This document shows positions 8,397 to 14,252 of a stretch of DNA of 14,252 bases, piece by piece; the stretch's first letter is position 1; each line of letters opens with the position of its first letter. This stretch comes from Fidelibacterota bacterium (lineage in GTDB: Bacteria; Fidelibacterota; Marinisomatia; Marinisomatales; JABMOV01), in the NCBI GenBank assembly GCA_046861395.1, contig JBHHUC010000057.1, positions 1 through 14,252 of the forward strand, in the 5' to 3' direction. Both the position numbers and the translations under genes were made by a program. The notes beneath the pieces were generated by a model, which saw only the letters and a list, made by a program, of their open reading frames with translations, was not told the DNA's origin and searched no databases.

Positions 8397-8840
8397 ATGA
8401 CCACGGGGATGATGATCATCGCATTAATTCTGGTCAGTGCCGGCTACCTCATATCCATATATTTTTACCTGGCTACTCATAATAGGATTCCTACCGCCGT
8501 GCCCTGGTTACCGTCTCTGGTTCAGATCGGCGATTGCCGCTGTGAGGAACTGGTGGATACACCCTTCGGCCGGACGCTGGGGCGTTCCAATGCTTTCTGG
8601 GCCATGTGGTATTTTGTCTTTCTGGCAATCGCCATCATCAGTACGAACTTGAATAGCTGGCCGGGTGTCACAACCCTGTTTTTCATAACCCTGATCGCCT
8701 TTGCCCGCAGTATCTATCTGGCCTGGGCCCTGCTCCTCATGCGCGTGGTCTGCCGACCCTGTATCACCGCTCACATTATCAATCTGGGACTGATATTGAT
8801 TTTCGGATATCTTGAGTGGCCGAAACTCTTCCCAGGCTAA
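8397..8840 (+). CDS. Vitamin K epoxide reductase (VKOR) family membrane protein
   Basis: About 4 TM segments. Loop CRCEELVDTPFGRTLGRSN resembles the VKOR C..V..S/T...G.(P/S)N segment. CxxC active site (VVCRPC...H..N) lies at the start of the last TM. Confidence 0.8.
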   Translation: MTTGMMIIALILVSAGYLISIYFYLATHNRIPTAVPWLPSLVQIGDCRCEELVDTPFGRTLGRSNAFWAMWYFVFLAIAIISTNLNSWPGVTTLFFITLIAFARSIYLAWALLLMRVVCRPCITAHIINLGLILIFGYLEWPKLFPG

Positions 8841-9373
8841 TGTGTTTTTGTCTTTTTCACCCGTTTCCTGAATAGTGCCCGATATTTCGTGTCATCTCCG
8901 GGCCGGAAACCGCGAATCTTTTTCTTTATAATACCACCACCGGAAATATAGAACACCATGGGTAAAGAATAGAAGCCATAATGGGCTTTGCTGACGCCAT
9001 CCACATCAATGGCCAGATTGAGATTTGTGTTCAGTTGTTTTTTCAACTGCGAAAACGAATTTCGGTCACCATTGATTCCCACCAGAATAATATCCAAGTC
9101 TGCTGTCGGATATTCCTGAGTCAAGTCATCGATAAATCGCACCAGACGGCGACATACTGAACAACCGGGTGAAATGAAAATGAGGAGGATGGGGCGCGGC
9201 GGCCGGCTCCATTCCTTTTGTCCCCACCGCTTTCCGTCCAGACTTTCCACATAAAAGCTAGGCGCCGGTTTCCCTTCCTTGACCTCCTGCTTGGCATAGA
9301 AAATGACGGCATGGATAAAGAAACCGGCCAGCACCGAAATGATGACCAGGACAACGGTGCCTAGGACGGACAT
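8837..9373 (-). CDS. Membrane-anchored thioredoxin-like protein (TlpA/ResA/MauD-like, AhpC-TSA fold)
   Basis: N-terminal TM helix, GKPAPSFYVESLDGK motif, CxxC in FISPGCSVC and a cis-Pro loop (YSLPMVF). Its start overlaps the protease stop by 13 bp. Confidence 0.85.
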   Translation of the reverse strand: MSVLGTVVLVIISVLAGFFIHAVIFYAKQEVKEGKPAPSFYVESLDGKRWGQKEWSRPPRPILLIFISPGCSVCRRLVRFIDDLTQEYPTADLDIILVGINGDRNSFSQLKKQLNTNLNLAIDVDGVSKAHYGFYSLPMVFYISGGGIIKKKIRGFRPGDDTKYRALFRKRVKKTKTH

Positions 9374-9840
9374 GAAACGTCAACTCCCCACGCTTTGATC
9401 TGCTCCACTCCCTTCCGGGCTGCCACGGGAACCAGGGCCCGGACTTCATCTGTCAGACCTACACCCATATTCAGACTCACCGGTGGAATACCAATGAGGA
9501 TTAAATCTTCCGGCGTTTTTCCGTGAAGCCGGGCCAAAGATATCAATTCACTCAGGCCGACCTGATGGGAAGACATTTTCCGATAGATAAACCCCGGCAA
9601 TTCATCATTTTTATAGACATAGACCTGACGGTCATAGGTCTGGGGGATTATGGCATCAAAAACCAATAGCCGTTGGGCCGATTCCAAATAGTCCAGCAGG
9701 TATATTCCTTGGGTACCGCCATCGATCAATGTCACATTTTCAGGGAATTCAGCCAGGCGTTCCAGATAGCGGATTACTTCCACACCGAATCCCTCATCAC
9801 CGAACATGACGTTTCCGAGGCCGAGTACGTTAATACGCAC
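9361..9840 (-). CDS. hyaD: Hydrogenase maturation endopeptidase (HyaD/HybD/HoxM family)
   Basis: VLGLGNVMFGDEGFGV, DGGTQG, VFDAI and SSHQVGL motifs. GTG start with an AAGGAG Shine-Dalgarno. Confidence 0.96.
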   Translation of the reverse strand: MRINVLGLGNVMFGDEGFGVEVIRYLERLAEFPENVTLIDGGTQGIYLLDYLESAQRLLVFDAIIPQTYDRQVYVYKNDELPGFIYRKMSSHQVGLSELISLARLHGKTPEDLILIGIPPVSLNMGVGLTDEVRALVPVAARKGVEQIKAWGVDVSCPS

Positions 9841-9876
9841 AGGCGTCTCTCCTTGGTTTATGATGTCGGGTCTAGG

Positions 9877-10569
9877 TTATTCTGCCAGCTCCGGACATTC
9901 TTCCACATTGTGCTTATATCCGGTCACCATCGAAGACGTAACACTGGAACGATCAACGATGTCATGTCGGATTATGGCATAGAAGTGGAGAATGAAAAAA
10001 GTGGGATAAATCCAAGCCACCACGTGATGGATATTATGCAAAGCAAAGCTGCTGCCGAACAGCGGCAGGACCCAACCAAACAGAGTATCGGCAAATCCAC
10101 CTGGATTGTTTTCGGCGTACATGGCCATCCCCGTCAGAATCATGAAAAGGGATCCCAGAAATACAAACAGGAAGTATGTCAGGGCCGCTACCGGATTATG
10201 GCCGCAATAGTTCGGTTTATCGCGGGTCAGAAAGAGATAGCTGGCCATCTGATCCTTGAAGGGTTGTCCCCACCATAGTGGTGACCAGGGACGGAAACCG
10301 GCGAACCGGGCATAGGGATCTTTCCCAAACACTGCCCAGTAAAGCCGAAACAGGAAATTGGCGATGAAGATGAACGCTGAGGCAAAATGCACGTAACGTA
10401 TCCAAACCATTTGTTTGAACCAGACCGCTTCGCCAATCGGCGGACTCAGGACCGGGGCTGCGATATACAGACCGGTGGCGAACAGAACGGTAACCGCAAT
10501 CGCATTCAGCCAGTGATACAGCCGTACCGGAAAGCGCCAGACATATTGTTCTTCGATTAATCTACCCAT
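9877..10569 (-). CDS. hyaC: [NiFe]-hydrogenase b-type cytochrome subunit (HyaC/HupC/HoxZ)
   Basis: YVWRFPVRLYHW, RYVHF, GHNPVA, HNIHH, LHFY and SSMVTGYK motifs, 4 TM segments and a GGAGG Shine-Dalgarno. Confidence 0.96.
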   Translation of the reverse strand: MGRLIEEQYVWRFPVRLYHWLNAIAVTVLFATGLYIAAPVLSPPIGEAVWFKQMVWIRYVHFASAFIFIANFLFRLYWAVFGKDPYARFAGFRPWSPLWWGQPFKDQMASYLFLTRDKPNYCGHNPVAALTYFLFVFLGSLFMILTGMAMYAENNPGGFADTLFGWVLPLFGSSFALHNIHHVVAWIYPTFFILHFYAIIRHDIVDRSSVTSSMVTGYKHNVEECPELAE

Positions 10570-10581
10570 GATAATCCTCCG

Positions 10582-12306
10582 TTATGAGATTTTGACAGAG
10601 GTGATTTCATTTCCATTGGCATCGAAGATATGTGATGCGCAGGCCAGACAGGGATCGAAGGAATGAATAGTCCGGAGGACTTCCAGCGGTTGCTCCGGAT
10701 CGGCCATGGGCGTGTTTTTCAACGCCGCTTCATAGGCACCGGACCGGCCCTTGCTGTCCCGCGGTGATGCATTCCAGGTAGAGGGAACGACGATCTGGTA
10801 ATCTTCGATCTTCTTGTTCTGGATATGAATCCAATGGCCCAGGGCGCCGCGCGGTGCTTCGGTATAACCGAAACCCTTGGCGTCGGCCGGCCACCGTTCC
10901 GGATCCCACATTTCATTATTGAACGTCTGATAATCGCCTTTTTTAACATTGGCAACCAGCTTGTCATAATAATGTTGCATGAATCCGGCGGTTTGTTTGC
11001 ATTCAATACCACGAGCGGCGGTTCGTCCCAGCGTCGAGAACAAGGCTTCGACGCCAACCCCCAGGGTCTTCAGGACACCGTTCACGGTTTCCACCAACAT
11101 CGGATTACCTTTGGCATACCCAATCAGAACACGGGCCAGAGGACCCACTTCCACCGGATTATCCTTCCAGCGTGGCGTTTTCAGCCAGCTGTATTTATTA
11201 TTTGTATCCAGGTAGTCGAAAGGCGGTTTAGGTCCCGTGTAATTGGGATGTGTTTCTCCTTCCCAGGGATGGAGACCCTTGTCATCACCCCCGGAATAGC
11301 TGTACCAGCTATTAGACACTTCTTCCAGAATTTCGGCATTGTCGCGGGGGTCCACATCATAGACCGTGGTTACATCCTTGTTCAGGATAGCGCCGCGAGG
11401 CCAGAGCAGGTTATTGGTGTCATGGACATCGTTTTCCGGAAAATCGCCATAGGACATATAATTCCCCAGGCCACCGCCCCACTGGGCCCAATCCTTGTAG
11501 AACCCGGCAATGGCAATTAAATCAGGGATGTAGACCTGATCGATAAAGGTCTGCGTCTGATCAATGATATCCTTGATTTTATTGAAGTGGGAAATATTAA
11601 TGGCCGTATCCTTGTTGGGATCGATGGCACAGGCCATACCGCCAACGGTGTAATTGGGATGAGGATTTTTCCCGCCGAAGATGGCATGGATTTTTACGAT
11701 TTCCTTCTGGAATTCCAATGCTTCGAGATAATGCGCCACAGCCATCAGGTTTGCTGCCGGCGGCAACTTGTAGGCCGAATGTCCCCAGTAAGCATTGGAA
11801 AAGATGCCCAGTTGGCCACTTTCAACGAATGAGGTAAGGCGGGCTTTCAAATCCTTGAAATAACCGACCGAAGACTTAGGCCAGGATGGTGATACCTTCT
11901 GGGCCAGTGCTGACGTCTCTTTCGGATCCGCACTAAGGGCACTGACAACATCCACCCAATCCAGGGCATGGAGATGATAGAAGTGGATCAAATGATCCTG
12001 GGTCTGTTGAGTCGCATTCATGAGATTCCGGATAATCCGGGCATTCTCTGGAATCGTGATACCCAGAGCATCTTCCACACAGCGCACCGATGCGATGGCA
12101 TGTACCGTGGTGCAGACACCACAAATACGCTGTGTAAAGGCCCAGGCGTCACGAGGATCGCGACCGCGGAGGATCAGTTCCAGTCCCCGCCACATGGTTC
12201 CGCTGCTGAAAGCATCGCTGATAACATTATTGTCATCCAATTTCGCTTCTATGCGAAGATGACCTTCAATCCGTGGGATGGGATCGACTACGATTCGTTT
12301 CGCCAT
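10582..12306 (-). CDS. hyaB: Group 1 (1d-like) [NiFe]-hydrogenase large subunit
   Basis: VDPIPRIEGH, L1 motif QRICGVCTTVH, HFYHLHALDWVD, GGKNPHP, EAPRGALGHW and VVPSTWN. L2 motif SFDPCLACASH is followed by a cleavable 15-aa tail. Confidence 0.98.
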   Translation of the reverse strand: MAKRIVVDPIPRIEGHLRIEAKLDDNNVISDAFSSGTMWRGLELILRGRDPRDAWAFTQRICGVCTTVHAIASVRCVEDALGITIPENARIIRNLMNATQQTQDHLIHFYHLHALDWVDVVSALSADPKETSALAQKVSPSWPKSSVGYFKDLKARLTSFVESGQLGIFSNAYWGHSAYKLPPAANLMAVAHYLEALEFQKEIVKIHAIFGGKNPHPNYTVGGMACAIDPNKDTAINISHFNKIKDIIDQTQTFIDQVYIPDLIAIAGFYKDWAQWGGGLGNYMSYGDFPENDVHDTNNLLWPRGAILNKDVTTVYDVDPRDNAEILEEVSNSWYSYSGGDDKGLHPWEGETHPNYTGPKPPFDYLDTNNKYSWLKTPRWKDNPVEVGPLARVLIGYAKGNPMLVETVNGVLKTLGVGVEALFSTLGRTAARGIECKQTAGFMQHYYDKLVANVKKGDYQTFNNEMWDPERWPADAKGFGYTEAPRGALGHWIHIQNKKIEDYQIVVPSTWNASPRDSKGRSGAYEAALKNTPMADPEQPLEVLRTIHSFDPCLACASHIFDANGNEITSVKIS

Positions 12307-12309
12307 GGA

Positions 12310-13392
12310 TTAATCCTCCTCTCCTGCTTCGGTTGTACTTGATCGTTTCAATGCCGTGCCGATGGCATGGGCCGCCGCTCCGACGGCTGCCGCACCCACG
12401 GCCACTTTACCGATGGTGTTGGCGTTGCTGTCCGTACCCAAAAAGTCCACGGAAGCCAGCTTGGAATAGAACGGTCCGTTGTCCCAGAAATTGGGTTCAG
12501 AACAGCCCAGGCAGGGATGACCGGATCCGATGGGAAAACTGGTTCCTTCATTCCATTGAATCTTGGAACAGGCATTATAGGTTGTCGGTCCTTTGCAGCC
12601 CATTTTATAGAGGCACCAGCCTTTTTGGGCGGCGGGACTGTCAAAGTCTTCCACAAACATTCCGGCATCGAAGAAGGGCCGACGGTAACATTTGTCGTGA
12701 ATGCGAGTCCCGTAAAAGGCCTTGGGACGTCCCAGTCGATCCAGCTCCGGTAATTCACCAAAGGTCAGCACATGAGTAATGACACCGGTCATGACTTCGG
12801 CAATGGGGGGACAGCCGGGGACGTTGACAATCGGTTTATCTTTGATAATCTTGTGGATGGGTTGTGAGCCGGACGGATTGGGTTTGGCATTTTGCACGCA
12901 GCCAAAGGACGCACAGGAGCCCCAGGCAATAATTGCCATGGCATCTTCAGCCGTTTCCTTCAGGACATTCAGGAATGAATCGCCACCGACCATGCAGTAG
13001 ACACCATCATCCTTCACGGAAGCATTTCCTTCCACGGCCAGGATGAATTTCCCTTTGTACTCCTTCATGATCTGTCTGCGCACCGCTTCCAGTTGATGAC
13101 CGGCGGCGGCACTCAGGGTCTCATCGTAGTCCAGGGAAATCATATTCAAGACAATGTCGGCCACAACGGGATGGGACGACCGAATGAATGATTCGCTGCA
13201 GCAGGTACATTCCTGTCCATGCAACCAGATGACGGGAATCCGCGGTTTGGTTTCCATGGCTTTGACTATTCTGGGAACCATGGAAGCCGATACTCCGAGA
13301 TAGACTGACATGAGACTGCAGAATTTCATAAAATCGCGGCGTGAAACTCCCCGATCTTCGAATACCTCCATGAAGGATTTTTGTTCTGCCAT
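12310..13392 (-). CDS. hyaA: [NiFe]-hydrogenase small subunit with Tat signal, six-Cys proximal cluster signature and C-terminal membrane anchor
   Basis: Twin-arginine motif [50 protein letters not shown] and [12 protein letters not shown] motifs. Hydrophobic C-tail with His. Confidence 0.98.
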   Translation of the reverse strand: MAEQKSFMEVFEDRGVSRRDFMKFCSLMSVYLGVSASMVPRIVKAMETKPRIPVIWLHGQECTCCSESFIRSSHPVVADIVLNMISLDYDETLSAAAGHQLEAVRRQIMKEYKGKFILAVEGNASVKDDGVYCMVGGDSFLNVLKETAEDAMAIIAWGSCASFGCVQNAKPNPSGSQPIHKIIKDKPIVNVPGCPPIAEVMTGVITHVLTFGELPELDRLGRPKAFYGTRIHDKCYRRPFFDAGMFVEDFDSPAAQKGWCLYKMGCKGPTTYNACSKIQWNEGTSFPIGSGHPCLGCSEPNFWDNGPFYSKLASVDFLGTDSNANTIGKVAVGAAAVGAAAHAIGTALKRSSTTEAGEED

Positions 13393-13418
13393 ATTACGCT
13401 CCTTGTGTTACAGGATGA

Positions 13419-13973
13419 TTATTGTACATTTTGTTTTATTAAATATTCGCATTGTCCGTGGAGGGAGACATTCAGTCCGCAATCGGAACCATAGGTGCCA
13501 TTGCAGACCATACAGATCAATTCGATATCTTCTGTTTTCATGACACTACTCTGAATATATTTATCCAATAGTTTTTTCAGCATGACCAGTTCTTCGTCAC
13601 TGAACGTGTCTAGGATATTTTTCATGTGATTATTCCGTGACCGGTAATAGTGATCGATCAGCTCTGATCCCTGGACGGACAGGGAAACAATTGTCGCCCG
13701 GCGGTCTTTGGGATTTACCCGCCGATTGACCAGCTTCAGTGCATGGAGCCGGTCGATACTCTTGCTGGTGGCGGCCCGGCTGATATCCAGGATATCGGCA
13801 AACTGACTGCCTGACATGGGGCCATAATTATACAGGATCTTGAGAATGGAAATCTGCGATGGCGAAAGATGATCAGGATAAACATCTTCGATGATTTCTT
13901 TTTCTAGAATTTCGGATAAATATTGAGCGATGATTCGGAAATCTTTATTGATATGGGCTAATTCGGGATGTAT
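13419..13973 (-). CDS. MarR-family transcriptional regulator with a C-terminal C-x2-C-x7-C-x9-C tail; probable non-canonical ATA start (184 aa)
   Basis: LSPSQISILKIL...GPMSGSQFADILDISRAATSKSIDRL...NPKDRR is the MarR winged-helix pattern. The frame stays open 52 codons upstream of the ATG at 13817, and AGGAGG (13980-13985) sits 6 nt before ATA (13973). Confidence 0.9.
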   Translation of the reverse strand: MHPELAHINKDFRIIAQYLSEILEKEIIEDVYPDHLSPSQISILKILYNYGPMSGSQFADILDISRAATSKSIDRLHALKLVNRRVNPKDRRATIVSLSVQGSELIDHYYRSRNNHMKNILDTFSDEELVMLKKLLDKYIQSSVMKTEDIELICMVCNGTYGSDCGLNVSLHGQCEYLIKQNVQ

Positions 13974-13986
13974 CGTTAACCTCCTG

Positions 13987-14009
13987 TATTATTAACCGGG
14001 TTAATAATA
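13987..14009. promoter_or_regulatory. Perfect 11-1-11 inverted repeat, putative MarR operator
   Basis: TATTATTAACC-G-GGTTAATAATA lies directly upstream of the marR Shine-Dalgarno and overlaps the predicted -10 box. Confidence 0.75.
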
Positions 14010-14032
14010 AGTAGAATTAATTAAAAATACAA
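14004..14032 (-). promoter_or_regulatory. Predicted sigma70-type promoter of the marR-hydrogenase operon
   Basis: On the - strand: TTGTAT (14032-14027), a 17-nt spacer, then TATTAT (14009-14004). Confidence 0.55.
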
Positions 14033-14134
14033 GTCATCAATTAATAATAGCGGAAAAAAGTAAAATATCGATCATGCAATAATTCGGATTGGGAGCATGA
14101 GCTAATAGTCTTAATTTCACCGCGTTTAATTGTT

Positions 14135-14207
14135 GGCTCGATAGCTCAGTCGGTAGAGCAGAGGCCTGAAAAGCCTTGTGTCGCTGGTTCGATTCCGGCT
14201 CGAGCCA
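14135..14207 (+). tRNA. tRNA-Phe (GAA), CCA not encoded
   Basis: Acceptor stem GGCTCGA/TCGAGCC, D arm GCTC-AGTCGGTA-GAGC, anticodon arm GAGGC-CTGAAAA-GCCTT with GAA at 14168-14170, T arm GCTGG-TTCGATT-CCGGC and discriminator A14207. Confidence 0.98.
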
Positions 14208-14225
14208 CTTTAGTTTAAACTGGTT

Positions 14226-14241
14226 TCCCGATAAATCGGGA
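14226..14241. repeat. Short palindrome downstream of tRNA-Phe
   Basis: TCCCGAT-AA-ATCGGGA. There is no U-tract after it, so it is not a clear intrinsic terminator. Confidence 0.4.
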
Positions 14242-14252
14242 GCTCGAACCAC

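Noticed and set aside
10630..10665. Possible [NiFeSe] hydrogenase
   Set aside because: The L2 motif is DPCLAC with ordinary Cys codons and no in-frame TGA.
14089..14117. Candidate tRNA promoter TTGGGA-17-TAATTT
   Set aside because: The spacing is plausible, but the consensus match is too weak in an AT-rich region to list as a feature.
14037..14252. 71-aa - strand ORF
   Set aside because: It is the antisense translation of tRNA-Phe (WLEPESNQRHKAFQASALPTELSS is a typical tRNA shadow peptide).

Overview
This window holds a complete membrane-bound uptake [NiFe]-hydrogenase locus arranged as two convergent operons. The + strand carries the maturation genes hypA-hypB-hypF-(279 bp gap)-hypC-hypD-hypE, then an uncharacterised lipoprotein, a His-rich UreH/SodT-like Ni/Co permease and a VKOR-family protein. 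The - strand carries a MarR regulator with a 4-Cys tail, a Tat-exported small subunit with the six-Cys signature of O2-tolerant group 1d enzymes, the large subunit, cytochrome b, the maturation endopeptidase and a membrane-anchored CxxC thioredoxin-like protein. tRNA-Phe(GAA) is divergent from marR at the right end. The left ~460 bp is a non-coding, roughly mirror-symmetric array of REP-like hairpins at ~50-bp spacing. The most interesting points are: (i) a Cys-rich MarR with a perfect 11-1-11 palindrome over its predicted -10 box and an apparent ATA start codon, heading the hydrogenase operon; (ii) a VKOR and thioredoxin-like pair at the exact junction of the two operons; (iii) hypF also lacking an ATG/GTG/TTG start upstream of its first conserved motif; (iv) the REP-like array, whose geometry is conserved while its stem sequences vary. 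All calls come from motif recognition by eye; no searches were run.
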